A stretch of DNA of 64,000 nucleotides from a virus (IMGVR_UViG_3300037400_004297:12591-76590); one strand, 5' to 3'; counted from the first letter of the stretch, positions 40,053 through 50,221 are shown. Numbers and translations are program-made. Notes: generated by a model from the letters alone, not told the origin.

Positions 40053-41237
40053 ATGGAATTAGAAGCAAAAAAGAAAACCCCAAGAGCAAGAGAAGGCTTT
40101 AATAAGATAATAGATATTTTTTCCAATTCTAAGCCTGGTACTTTTATTACACTTTGTTATCTTAGTTCTGCTAACATACCAAAGACCCTTACAGGAAAAA
40201 ACATTGATGTAGATAAATTTGGCACAGATATTGATAACAACTTATCTCCTGGAACTGAAGCATATAAAACGTTGAAGGCATACCAGCAGGGTGGTGCAAG
40301 TAATAAAAACAAAATACCAGTTGGCGTTATAAAGAGTTCAATAATACAGTTTCACTTCCAGAACGAGGAAGGTTATGGGAAAAAATATGGGGAATTTAAA
40401 GATAAAGTTAATGGCATATTAAGTGATTATGGTGCTGAACCAATAGTAGACCGTGATGTAAAGCACGACGAGACACAAACCTTTGGAAAGGGTGGTGTTT
40501 CAGTCGGCTCTACTGATAATACACAGGGAAAAATGTATACCCACCAGAATGGTGCTACTGCTAATTATTTGAGCACATATTACTATTTGCTGAATAGTGA
40601 TGGTAATATATTCTCAAGAATTGGAAAAGAAGCAATCAATCAGATATTACCAAAAAAATCTGGACCTATGGGGGTTAGTGCTTTAAAGAAAATAAATGCA
40701 ACTGATGAACAAATAGCCAGATACATTGAAGAAATAAAACAATGCAATTTCAGCGTATTGAAATTAATGTACGATTCAATACTTTGGGTTTCTGCAACAT
40801 CTCCAGAAGGCTATAAGACATTTGCTATCAATGACAGTCTTGCAGATAAAATTGGAAGTGGCAGCTATGTTGTTAACATAAATCCGTCACAATTTGTAAA
40901 ACTTGCAAATAGTAGATATGAAAATTCGTATAAACCATTAAGACCAGGTGATGAAAACAGAATAAAACACGATTTGGATTACTTTAAGGGTGTTTCTATG
41001 TCTAATGAGTCTAAATTATTCAATTCTTTTGGTAAGTTAGTTATGGAGTCAAAAAACAAAAAGCAAAGGATGAGGCTTACTGAGTCAGAACTGAAGCAGG
41101 TTATTAAAGAGGCATCATTGAATATTCTAAAGAATATGTTGTCAGAAGGGAGACCATTTAAAAACAATCAACACTACACACATTTTGCTGTAAGCAAGAA
41201 AAATGGTAAAATACTCAATGGTTGGGATTATAAGTGA
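40053..41237 (+). CDS. Hypothetical protein with internal RLTESEL motif; frame continues 61 codons past its TGA to TAA at 41421-41423
   Basis: RMRLTESELKQVIKEAS near the C-terminus; after TGA the same frame reads YDPEELRHFKEDYF...ADFVG. Confidence 0.7.
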   Translation: MELEAKKKTPRAREGFNKIIDIFSNSKPGTFITLCYLSSANIPKTLTGKNIDVDKFGTDIDNNLSPGTEAYKTLKAYQQGGASNKNKIPVGVIKSSIIQFHFQNEEGYGKKYGEFKDKVNGILSDYGAEPIVDRDVKHDETQTFGKGGVSVGSTDNTQGKMYTHQNGATANYLSTYYYLLNSDGNIFSRIGKEAINQILPKKSGPMGVSALKKINATDEQIARYIEEIKQCNFSVLKLMYDSILWVSATSPEGYKTFAINDSLADKIGSGSYVVNINPSQFVKLANSRYENSYKPLRPGDENRIKHDLDYFKGVSMSNESKLFNSFGKLVMESKNKKQRMRLTESELKQVIKEASLNILKNMLSEGRPFKNNQHYTHFAVSKKNGKILNGWDYK

Positions 41238-41434
41238 TATGACCCTGAAGAACTCAGGCATTTTAAAGAAGATTATTTCAATGTTGATTTAAGGGATTAT
41301 GGTTTCGACCCTAAAAATTGTAGAATACTTACCTATAAGTATTTAGTAAGAAACGGTTTAAACCCAGATGACAATTCAAACTGGGCTAATAACGATGAAG
41401 CAAATGCCGATTTTGTTGGATAAGTTAATTTAAT

Positions 41435-42973
41435 ATGAAAAAAAATATTGTTATCGTACACTATAATACTCCTTACCTTACTGGGTGTTTGGTAAGGAGT
41501 ATTAATTTATTCGTAAAGGACGCTGTTATCTACATTTTTGATAATAGTGATAAATGCCCGTTTACTGCTGAATTTGACAATGTGACTATATTTGACAATA
41601 CTAAAGGGAAGATAATAGATTTTGATAGATGGCTAGAAAATTACCCTAGAAAAAAATTATCAAATGGTAAAGTTAATGGATGGGGTAGTGCTAAGCATTG
41701 CTATAGTGTTGAGAAATGCATGGAACTTATTGGTGACAACTTTTTTTTATTGGATTCTGACATACTTCTGAAATGTGATATCTCAGAATTGGCTGATGAT
41801 AAATATATATACGTTGGAACAGTTGAGGTTCAGCCAAAATCAACAATTAACAGGGTGATTCCATATCTATGTTATATAAATGTCAAAATGTGTATGGAAA
41901 ATGATATTCATTATTTTGATGATAATTACATGCACGGTCTTGCTAATAATGTAAAGAACCCATATTCTGACAGATACGATACTGGTTCTGGGTTTTATAT
42001 CAACGCATCAAAATTACCACATAATGAAGTAGATATCAACAAATATATGATACACTATGGTCATGGTTCTTGGAATAAGAAAGGATATCATTATTATTGT
42101 ACACCAGAAGAATGGACCGCACTAAATAAAAGATACTGGACTAATGAAATGAATAAAAATGTTGTATACACCTGTATAATTGGAGAATATGATGACATAA
42201 TAGAGCCATCATTTATTACACCTGGTTTCGATTACATATGTTTTACTGATAATCCAAAATTGGAGAGTAGTATATGGGATATAAAACCAATTCCAGAAAA
42301 TGAGACACTTTCTACTTTACCTGGAGTTAAACGCCAAAGGTTTATAAAGATTAGACCAGATATATTTTTGAAGGAGTACGAGCTTTCAATATGGGTCGAT
42401 GGTAATGTCATAATACAAGGTAACTTAAATGAATTTCTATCACCTGTGATTGAGGAAGATTGTTCAGTGTATGTACCAAAGCACCCATCAAGAAATTGTA
42501 TTTATGCGGAATCAAAGGTAGTATTAGCAATGAAGAAAGATGTGGGTAATAACGTAAACCCTCAAATGGATAGGTATAAAATAGAGAAGTTTCCAGAAGG
42601 TTATGGTTTATTACAGAGTAACATCCTAGTAAGAAAGCACAATAATGAAGATTGTATAAAATTAATGAAGGAATGGTCTAATGAGGTAATTAACTGTTCT
42701 CATAGAGACCAATTATCATTTAATTATTGCTCTTGGAAACATCAGGATGTTAAGGTAAAATACCTTGACGAAAAAATATATTCATCAAAATGGTTTCACT
42801 GGATGGGAATTCACACTAGTAAACGTAAAGTAGTTAATACAGATAAAGTATACCATAAGGAAAGATTTAATGCTGTAATGTCAGAACAAAAATCAAATGA
42901 TAAGAGGGAAAAACTAAGGAAACTTTTGAATGATAGTAAAAAAATTAATACGTTCAATGTGATGATATATTAA
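41435..42973 (+). CDS. Two-domain glycosyltransferase (GT-A-like N-terminus plus DUF616-like domain)
   Basis: IVIVHYNT...LLDSDILL; second domain VVYTCIIGEYD, FDYICFTD, SIWVDGN, RDQLSFNY. Confidence 0.75.
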   Translation: MKKNIVIVHYNTPYLTGCLVRSINLFVKDAVIYIFDNSDKCPFTAEFDNVTIFDNTKGKIIDFDRWLENYPRKKLSNGKVNGWGSAKHCYSVEKCMELIGDNFFLLDSDILLKCDISELADDKYIYVGTVEVQPKSTINRVIPYLCYINVKMCMENDIHYFDDNYMHGLANNVKNPYSDRYDTGSGFYINASKLPHNEVDINKYMIHYGHGSWNKKGYHYYCTPEEWTALNKRYWTNEMNKNVVYTCIIGEYDDIIEPSFITPGFDYICFTDNPKLESSIWDIKPIPENETLSTLPGVKRQRFIKIRPDIFLKEYELSIWVDGNVIIQGNLNEFLSPVIEEDCSVYVPKHPSRNCIYAESKVVLAMKKDVGNNVNPQMDRYKIEKFPEGYGLLQSNILVRKHNNEDCIKLMKEWSNEVINCSHRDQLSFNYCSWKHQDVKVKYLDEKIYSSKWFHWMGIHTSKRKVVNTDKVYHKERFNAVMSEQKSNDKREKLRKLLNDSKKINTFNVMIY

Positions 42974-42993
42974 AAATGGTTAATATATTGAAG

Positions 42994-43042
42994 AAAATCG
43001 GGACAATGCTTGTATGTTCCGATTTTTTTATGTAAATTTGCA
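42994..43042 (+). promoter_or_regulatory. Terminator hairpin fused to TAAATTTG-CA promoter element
   Basis: AAAATCGGGACA...TGTTCCGATTTT then TTTATGTAAATTTGCAG, as at 2890-2913. Confidence 0.75.
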
Positions 43043-43071
43043 GCAGATTTCAAATAAATGTAATAAAGACT

Positions 43072-43473
43072 ATGTACACAGGTATTTTTTTACTCATCGT
43101 TGGTTTGGTCATCTTTGCCATTTTTGTGCCGATGCACAATGAAGAAAAGATTGTCGAGAAAGCTGAAAGTAAGTCTCATATGGCTGCATTCTATCACGTT
43201 CTTGCTAAACTATGTTCTGGCAACTACAAGGGTTATAACAGCACCGATAGTGAGAATGACGCAATGAAAGAGTTCCTTACACGAAAGACGGTGTATGATA
43301 CTCATCCTATTGGCTCGTATTTTAAGATGCGAAAAGAACTTGGTGAAATTCTCAAGATTGGTGGTAATTTCCACAATTACAGTATGAGCTTCAATTTTGG
43401 TGAAGTTGGAACTGGTATTGCTGTGATGGTAGTGTTTGCAATTGTAGTAACATTAGGAGTAATGTACTGTTAA
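43072..43473 (+). CDS. Hypothetical membrane protein
   Basis: N- and C-terminal hydrophobic segments. Confidence 0.65.
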   Translation: MYTGIFLLIVGLVIFAIFVPMHNEEKIVEKAESKSHMAAFYHVLAKLCSGNYKGYNSTDSENDAMKEFLTRKTVYDTHPIGSYFKMRKELGEILKIGGNFHNYSMSFNFGEVGTGIAVMVVFAIVVTLGVMYC

Positions 43474-43520
43474 TAATGAACTGGCTAATTGTATTGTATA
43501 CCGTTGGCTCTATACTTATA

Positions 43521-43552
43521 AAAAAAGCGAGGCTCTTTTCAGGGTCTCGCTT
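43521..43552. terminator. Terminator between convergent genes
   Basis: AAGCGAGGCTCT-TTTC-AGGGTCTCGCTT with an A tract on the left. Confidence 0.75.
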
Positions 43553-44327
43553 ATTCATGATTTATGTATGTGGTTCTATGTTCCACTCTATCCCAATATA
43601 AAACATTGTAGTCCACCACAATGGCATTTCCAGGTTCATTCTTAGCACTTAGTTCTTCTACCTTGAATGACAACTCTCCATGCTTCTGCATATTTAAATG
43701 ACCTAGTACTGCCACGTAAGCATCACAAGCATCAAAGTTCTCTTTCTTAAGTTCGCCTTTCTTGTCATATAGCCATTCTATGTCAGGAAATAATTCTGAC
43801 ACTTTGCCCTGGATAACCGTTTTCTTATCTATTGTCCAAGGATAGCCTCCGAAAAGAACGAGTTTACACTCTTTTATTTCCTTCATTATCTTATTGTAAG
43901 GATATTGTTTCTCATCTTTACCGTACTTTCTGATAGACATAAGTTCTGGGAAAGAATACTCCCTGGCATTGTACGATGATATGTACTCTGGAACAATTCC
44001 TAGAATGTTATAAACACAATCGGATACCATTCCATTAAATCTAAGGAGTGTAGATACAGTATTCACATTATTAGACCTCAATAGAGGCTCTTCTATTATA
44101 ACTTCATCAATTCCAAAATCCTTATATTTTAACAAGAATTCCTCAAATATCTTTTTCTTGAGGAACAATTGTTCAATTCCCTTAATTTTACCAGGGACTT
44201 TTGGGTTTATGTGAGTTAGCTCTGCTATTTTACCATAATCAGAGCCATCATCTATCAAAATACAAACACCAATAGTTTGAGTTGAGACATCTAAACCCAT
44301 TGCTATCTTATTTCCATTACTATCCAT
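43551..44327 (-). CDS. RuvC-like Holliday junction resolvase
   Basis: MGLDVST, IIEEP, FDACDA acidic catalytic motifs. Confidence 0.75.
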   Translation of the reverse strand: MDSNGNKIAMGLDVSTQTIGVCILIDDGSDYGKIAELTHINPKVPGKIKGIEQLFLKKKIFEEFLLKYKDFGIDEVIIEEPLLRSNNVNTVSTLLRFNGMVSDCVYNILGIVPEYISSYNAREYSFPELMSIRKYGKDEKQYPYNKIMKEIKECKLVLFGGYPWTIDKKTVIQGKVSELFPDIEWLYDKKGELKKENFDACDAYVAVLGHLNMQKHGELSFKVEELSAKNEPGNAIVVDYNVLYWDRVEHRTTYINHE

Positions 44328-44397
44328 AGTATATTAATATTATATAACAAAATATAATATTTGGCCAATAATATTTAAATATTTTTTAGTAAATTAT

Positions 44398-44428
44398 TTT
44401 GTTTTTTAATATTTTTTATATATCTTTG
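44398..44428 (+). promoter_or_regulatory. Bacteroidota-type promoter TTTG-N19-TATCTTTG
   Basis: Near-identical to 58219-58249; ATG 4 nt downstream. Confidence 0.75.
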
Positions 44429-44432
44429 CAAT

Positions 44433-44738
44433 ATGGAAGAAGAAAAGAAAGAATTAACTATTGAAGAAAGAGTTAAAAAACTCGAAGATAACGAAATAAT
44501 TAATTATACTCCTTATCTTAGAATGATGGTTTTTGATTTGCAAAATGAGAATCGAAAGCTTACTGAAAGATTAAACAAGTACGAATACCTTTTCAACAAC
44601 CTTGAGAGTAGACTTAATGATTTGGAAATATATAAGGTTGACAGGATAAGAGAGGATTGCATGTGTTCGGTTAGTACATTAATACAAAACATTTCGTCAG
44701 ACTATATTAATAACTATACAATAGCAGGAACTTCATAA
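44433..44738 (+). CDS. Hypothetical coiled-coil protein
   Basis: First ORF after the promoter. Confidence 0.6.
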   Translation: MEEEKKELTIEERVKKLEDNEIINYTPYLRMMVFDLQNENRKLTERLNKYEYLFNNLESRLNDLEIYKVDRIREDCMCSVSTLIQNISSDYINNYTIAGTS

Positions 44739-44739
44739 T

Positions 44740-45108
44740 ATGGAGAGATTGTATTTAAAGCCCTCGTTGTGTAAGGCAATTGCCGAGTACTGCGAGGTTA
44801 ATGGGATTGAAGACATCAATGCTTTTGCTAATAGGTGCGCAACGCAAGGGTTAAGTATAATCAAATATGGTGTATCACCAGGTGATAACATTGATAGAGA
44901 AAATAAAGGTATTAAAGATTTTAAAAATGAGAGACAAACCAGAAAAAAGAAAGAACCTGGCTCAGAAAATAAAAGAGAACAGAAGAGCCAAGAAGCTCCA
45001 GTTGAACGACCTGGTAGCAGAGAAGAAGACAGTAACAAAAAAGAAGAAAAAAAGAGCAATATAACTGTCAGAAAAATTCGTATAATTAAAAAGGATAAGA
45101 ATGATTAA
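44740..45108 (+). CDS. Hypothetical protein
   Basis: ORF in operon, charged C-terminus. Confidence 0.6.
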   Translation: MERLYLKPSLCKAIAEYCEVNGIEDINAFANRCATQGLSIIKYGVSPGDNIDRENKGIKDFKNERQTRKKKEPGSENKREQKSQEAPVERPGSREEDSNKKEEKKSNITVRKIRIIKKDKND

Positions 45109-47473
45109 CGTAGGTAAAAAGTCAAAGATACATCTTCATTGGAAGGTTTCACCATATGACTACAGTAAGGACAAACTTAATTCTATAGAGGTAGCTGCTA
45201 GTAAGAAATATGGTCTCCCAAGGGACAAAGTGAAGGTTATACCAGAGTTCATGGTTATTGATAGTGATGGTAAAGAGATTTCAATGAATGAAGAAATCAT
45301 TCAGAACATTCAAGACCCAGTGTTTCAAGTCCAACTTTTTAAGGAATGGCTTGAATTGAACAAGGTAACTGACTGTGACTTTGATTTAATAAAAAAAATA
45401 GACTCAGAGATAAATGCGAAAATTGATTACCAGATTTACGACAAGTATAAGAGGTATAGTATTAAATGGATACGCTGGGATAATTTCCTTAGCTATGGAG
45501 GAGGCAATGTTTTTGATTTTACCAATATTGGAAAACTAGTACTCCTAAGCAGTGAACCAGCTAATCAGGGAGGTAAGACTACATTTTGTATAGACCTCAT
45601 CAGATTCTTACTATTTGGTACTAATGCACGTTATAAAACACAGGCAGAACTATTTAATTCATACATTCCAGAAGCCACGTCTATGTCGGCAGAAGGGTGT
45701 ATTACAATTGATGGGATTGACTATATCATAAAGAGAACTATTTCACGTCCAGCACTTGAAAGAAGAAGTGATAAAAGTAAAACAACTCAAAAGGTTGAAT
45801 ATTATAAGATTGTTGGCGAGAATAAGGAGACTCTTGAAGAATATGTTGATGACCAGCAGGAAGAGAATAGTGTTCAGACAAATAAAGTAATTAAGGAGGC
45901 TATAGGTCGTGAGAGTGATTTTGACTTGATAATGTCAATAACGGACAAAACTCTTGATGACTTAATTGAGAAGAAAGAAACTGAGAGGGGGAGACTTCTT
46001 GCAAGATGGATTGGTTTGTTACCAATAGAAGAAAAAGATAAGATTGCAAGGGAGAAGTTTAATCAGGAAGTTAAACCTTTCCTATTGTCTAACAGATATA
46101 ATACTGAAACTCTTTCACAGGAGATAGAAGCATATGACATCACAATCAAAACGCTTAAGAATAATATCAAGAAATATAAGGCTGAAAATAAATCGCTTGA
46201 TAAGGAAATCGAGACTCTTGAGAGGAATAAATCAGCTTTGTTATCTTCTAAAAAAACTATTGACGGAGACATATTAAAGATAGATATAACCACACTCACA
46301 AAAAAGTATAACGATTGCGTAGAGGATGGTAAAAAAAAGAAAAAAAACTTAGAAGATATTGATATCGAACTGAAAAAAATTGGTGATGTCAGTTTCTCTG
46401 TTGAAGAATACGATAAGCTCCAGGAAAGATTTACAAAGTTGTCTGTTGATTATACATCTTCCATTGAAAAGTATAAAACCGTTGACCATAATATTAAACA
46501 TCTTAAATCAAGTGAAATTTGCCCTACTTGCGGTAGGAAACTTGATAATGTTGATAATACAGCAAAGATAGCTGAACTTGAAAAAGAACTTGCTAGAATA
46601 AAAGAAGATGGTGCTAAGATACATAAAGAGCGTGATGAGGTGTCAGTACAACTCGAAAAAATGAAAGAAAGTAGAGAGTTGTATACTAAGAAAACCTCTA
46701 TGATGATGCAGAAATCTGCTCTTGAAGTTAATATAGAACGTCTTAGAAGTGAGTGCCTTGGTCATAAACAACTGATGAAAGAGTATAACGATAATAAAGA
46801 GGCCATCAATAAAAACAACAGTATAGACCTTGAAATACGTAATACAGAGGTAATCATCAACGGTAAAAGGAATGCCAGGGATACAAACGTTTCCCACATT
46901 TCAAGTGGAGAGAGTGATATAAAGACTTGTGAAAAGGAAATTGCAGACAGGAAAGACGTTATAAAAAAGATAAAGGAAGAAGAAATATTAATCAAAAACT
47001 GGAAGATATATATTGAACTTGTTGGAAAGAACGGTATATCAAAAATGGTATTAAGAAGGACACTTCCAATTATTAATGCAAAACTTTCTAGACTTCTTAA
47101 CGATGTGTGCGATTTTGATGTAGAAGTTGGTATTGACGCAAAAAACGATGTTACATTCTATTTAATAAAGGACGGAGTGTATAAGAACCTTCACGGTGGA
47201 AGTGGGTTTGAACTTACAGCATCAGCATTGGCATTAAGAGCTGTGCTTGCTGATATGTCAACCATTCCTAAGTGTAATATGGTTGTTTGGGATGAGGTTT
47301 TTGGTAGGATAGCAAAAGATAATTATGATAGTTTAAAGAATTTAGTTGTTAAAATATCAGAAAGTTATGATTCCATAATTTTAATTTCACATCTTGATGA
47401 AATAAGAGACTGGTGTCAAAACCATATAGTAGTAGAAAAAAATAATAATGTCAGTAAAATTTTATTAAAATAG
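45101..47473 (+). CDS. sbcC: SbcC/Rad50-like (T4 gp46-like) ATPase
   Basis: Walker A NQGGKTT, coiled coil with CPTCG zinc hook, LHGGSG signature, WDEVFG Walker B, LISH. Confidence 0.9.
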   Translation: MINVGKKSKIHLHWKVSPYDYSKDKLNSIEVAASKKYGLPRDKVKVIPEFMVIDSDGKEISMNEEIIQNIQDPVFQVQLFKEWLELNKVTDCDFDLIKKIDSEINAKIDYQIYDKYKRYSIKWIRWDNFLSYGGGNVFDFTNIGKLVLLSSEPANQGGKTTFCIDLIRFLLFGTNARYKTQAELFNSYIPEATSMSAEGCITIDGIDYIIKRTISRPALERRSDKSKTTQKVEYYKIVGENKETLEEYVDDQQEENSVQTNKVIKEAIGRESDFDLIMSITDKTLDDLIEKKETERGRLLARWIGLLPIEEKDKIAREKFNQEVKPFLLSNRYNTETLSQEIEAYDITIKTLKNNIKKYKAENKSLDKEIETLERNKSALLSSKKTIDGDILKIDITTLTKKYNDCVEDGKKKKKNLEDIDIELKKIGDVSFSVEEYDKLQERFTKLSVDYTSSIEKYKTVDHNIKHLKSSEICPTCGRKLDNVDNTAKIAELEKELARIKEDGAKIHKERDEVSVQLEKMKESRELYTKKTSMMMQKSALEVNIERLRSECLGHKQLMKEYNDNKEAINKNNSIDLEIRNTEVIINGKRNARDTNVSHISSGESDIKTCEKEIADRKDVIKKIKEEEILIKNWKIYIELVGKNGISKMVLRRTLPIINAKLSRLLNDVCDFDVEVGIDAKNDVTFYLIKDGVYKNLHGGSGFELTASALALRAVLADMSTIPKCNMVVWDEVFGRIAKDNYDSLKNLVVKISESYDSIILISHLDEIRDWCQNHIVVEKNNNVSKILLK

Positions 47474-47522
47474 CCACAAACTTCATGTTATCTGTATTTA
47501 TATTAAAATATTTGATATAGGT

Positions 47523-48536
47523 ATGAGTAAAAAAAGAGTTTTTACGTTTGAAGAGTGCTTAGAAATAGCAAAAAAATATAATAGAAAAGTAGATTTTAAA
47601 AATGGCGATAGGTCGTGTTTTAATTATTCTAGAAATATGGGGTGGTATGATGAAATAACTTCACACATAAAAACAGCACCACATAAAACTAGAACTTATG
47701 AAGAAGTATGTGATTCGGCTAAAAAATACAATTCTAGAATGGAATTTAAAAATAATGATGTAGCAAACTATTGTTATGCAGTAACGCATGGGTGGTTAGA
47801 CAATGTATGTGCTCATATGAAGCCAAAAGGTGATATGTTTAAAAGGTGTATATACGTTTATGAATTACCAAATAAAACGTGCTATATTGGACTTACATAT
47901 GATATTGATAAACGTGATAAACAACATAGAGACCCAACAACATTATCTTCTGTTAGGAAATACTGTGAAGATGCTGGTATAACAATCCCTAAACCAATTG
48001 TATTGACAGAATTTTTATCTTCTTGTGAAGCGTCTAAAAAAGAAGGAGAAATATTATGTGAATATAAAAAAAATGGATGGAAATGTTTAAATAAAGCTAA
48101 AACTGGTAGTCTTGGGGGTAGAAAACACAATTTTTCTAAGGGAGAAATCACTAAAGAGTTTTGTATTGAAATAGCTAAAAAATATAGAAACATATCGTCA
48201 TTTCATAGTAAACACCAAAATTTATATCGTATTATCAAGGATAATGGGTGGCTTGAAGAAATAAAAAACTCAGCATTTGACCTTGAAGAGTTAAAAAGAA
48301 TAAAGAGCGAACAAATATCCAAAAGAATGAAAGGTAAAAGACCAGCAATCATCCATGATAATAGTAAACCAGTTTTTCAATATACGTTAGATGGTAAATT
48401 TATAAAACGTTTTAATTCGCAAAAACAAGCTGCTATGGCTCTTGGTCATCCTAAATCTATTAGTGATATAGGTAGGTGTTGCTCTGGTAAACTTAAGACT
48501 TGTCTTGGGTTTATGTGGAAATATAATAGTGTTTAA
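47523..48536 (+). mobile_element. GIY-YIG homing endonuclease with AKKY repeats and C-terminal NUMOD1
   Basis: CIYVYEL...CYIGLT...R; KPVFQYTLDGKFIKRFNS...CCSGK...GFMWKY; TATTTATA upstream at 47495-47502. Confidence 0.8.
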
Positions 48537-48545
48537 CTTAAAACT

Positions 48546-49262
48546 ATGAATCAATATGCAAATGATTTTACACATACAGTCAGGCTATATTATGATGACT
48601 TAAAGAAAACAAAACCACTTACGAGAGCCAGAGAGAAGCGTCTCATAAGGCTCTCCAAGAGAGGTGACACAAAAGCTAGAAATGAACTGCTTGAAGCGAA
48701 TCTTAAATTTGTTTTTGACGTGGCAAAAAGATACTCTGGCAGGGGTGTTCCAATGGGTGACTTGATTTCAGAAGGTAATATGGGTTTAATAAAAGCCATA
48801 GAAAAATTTGATGAGAGAAACGATGTTAAATTTATATCATATGCTGTATGGTGGATAAGGCATTCTATATTGGATGCTATTCAGAAGAAGAAATTAACTG
48901 AGTTCGTTGAGGTTGAAAATGGTGTCAGTAATGATAAAACAATATCTAATATGCTTGTAGATGAAGAGGATGATATTTGTGATAGTTTTCAATCTCCAGT
49001 AAGGGAAGATATTTTCTCCACTGAGAATACAATTTTACAAAACAATCTCTTAGGTAAAATGTTTGGTGGACTCTCCAAGAGAGAAATGACAGTAATATTG
49101 GATTATTTCGGGATGGAAGGTCGTGACAAAAAGAATCTAATAGAAATTGGTAAAGAACTTGGAATAACAAGCGAAAGAGTCAGACAGATTAAGCTTAATG
49201 CAATAAGGAAAATGCGTTCAAGTGCAATGATGTTTGATAATTTGGAGGAAATTATGATTTAA
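48546..49262 (+). CDS. Phage RNA polymerase sigma-70 family factor
   Basis: LLEANLKFVFDVAKRY, DLISEGNMGLIKAIEKFD, KFISYAVWWIR (region 2); LIEIGKELGITSERVRQI (region 4). Confidence 0.92.
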   Translation: MNQYANDFTHTVRLYYDDLKKTKPLTRAREKRLIRLSKRGDTKARNELLEANLKFVFDVAKRYSGRGVPMGDLISEGNMGLIKAIEKFDERNDVKFISYAVWWIRHSILDAIQKKKLTEFVEVENGVSNDKTISNMLVDEEDDICDSFQSPVREDIFSTENTILQNNLLGKMFGGLSKREMTVILDYFGMEGRDKKNLIEIGKELGITSERVRQIKLNAIRKMRSSAMMFDNLEEIMI

Positions 49263-49292
49263 ATAATATTTATTATTAATAATACAGTAAAT

Positions 49293-49613
49293 ATGGCTAA
49301 GAATAAAACCACGAAAAAAGTAAAAAAAGCAGAAACCGTTCAGAAAATTGATACAAAGCCTGAGGTAACACAGGAAGAATTTGAAGCTCCTGTTGACCCA
49401 ATTATAGAAGATAATACAGAACCAATAGTAGAGGTAATGAACGGTGACCCAGCAGTATTGGTTGAATCAGAGCAAGAAATACAGGAAGAAGCTGAACCAG
49501 AGGAAGAGGCTGTACCTGTTGAGGATATGATTCACGAGGAAACTAAGCAAGACCCAGGAATGTTCAGACGTATGTTTGGATATATTTGGAACGGTCAAGA
49601 AGTAGATTATTAA
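49293..49613 (+). CDS. Acidic hypothetical protein
   Basis: TATTTATT at 49267-49274 upstream; E/P-rich. Confidence 0.65.
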   Translation: MAKNKTTKKVKKAETVQKIDTKPEVTQEEFEAPVDPIIEDNTEPIVEVMNGDPAVLVESEQEIQEEAEPEEEAVPVEDMIHEETKQDPGMFRRMFGYIWNGQEVDY

Positions 49614-49618
49614 GAAAT

Positions 49619-50215
49619 ATGGAGGAAATGAACATCACAAAGAAGATGCTTGCAAAACTTAGAGAGAACAGAGACAGGCAGGCACGTGAAGCAGCCGAAC
49701 AATTTGTAGTTGAGGCTAAGGAGGAAGATAATTTCCTCACTAGGTCAAAAACTCTTATGGAAGAAGCTGTTAGAGATAATAAAAAAAAAATCTTGACAGA
49801 GGAAAGTAATTCTTCTGAGGAAGAAGAGTCAGAGGATTCTGCACATGAAAATTATTTTGAGATTCGCCCAAACACACCACAGTTCGGTGATGTGAGAGTA
49901 TCCCAGGAAGAGGTGCTTAAAAAGACCATTGGAGAAAATATTTCAATGGATGAGGGTGCTCTAAAGTATTATCCAGATTCTGAGGATATGACACTTGAAG
50001 GTGATATTAAAAGCCTTAATTTGTCATTCCAGTTCAGATATAATGACCCATCTGGTCAGGGTGTATACATTTGGGCAGAGGCAATGCAGTTGACTGAAGA
50101 GAATACGAGGACTATAGGAAAGCTAAGAAATGCATTCCTTAACTGGAAAGATTCAATTACACAGGATGGTGACCTTATGCAAAAGCTTAAAAAAGCAGCA
50201 AATAAGGAAAAATAA
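49619..50215 (+). CDS. Hypothetical protein (possible virion/scaffold-associated)
   Basis: ATG 49619; ILTEES motif. Confidence 0.65.
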   Translation: MEEMNITKKMLAKLRENRDRQAREAAEQFVVEAKEEDNFLTRSKTLMEEAVRDNKKKILTEESNSSEEEESEDSAHENYFEIRPNTPQFGDVRVSQEEVLKKTIGENISMDEGALKYYPDSEDMTLEGDIKSLNLSFQFRYNDPSGQGVYIWAEAMQLTEENTRTIGKLRNAFLNWKDSITQDGDLMQKLKKAANKEK

Positions 50216-50221
50216 CAATAC

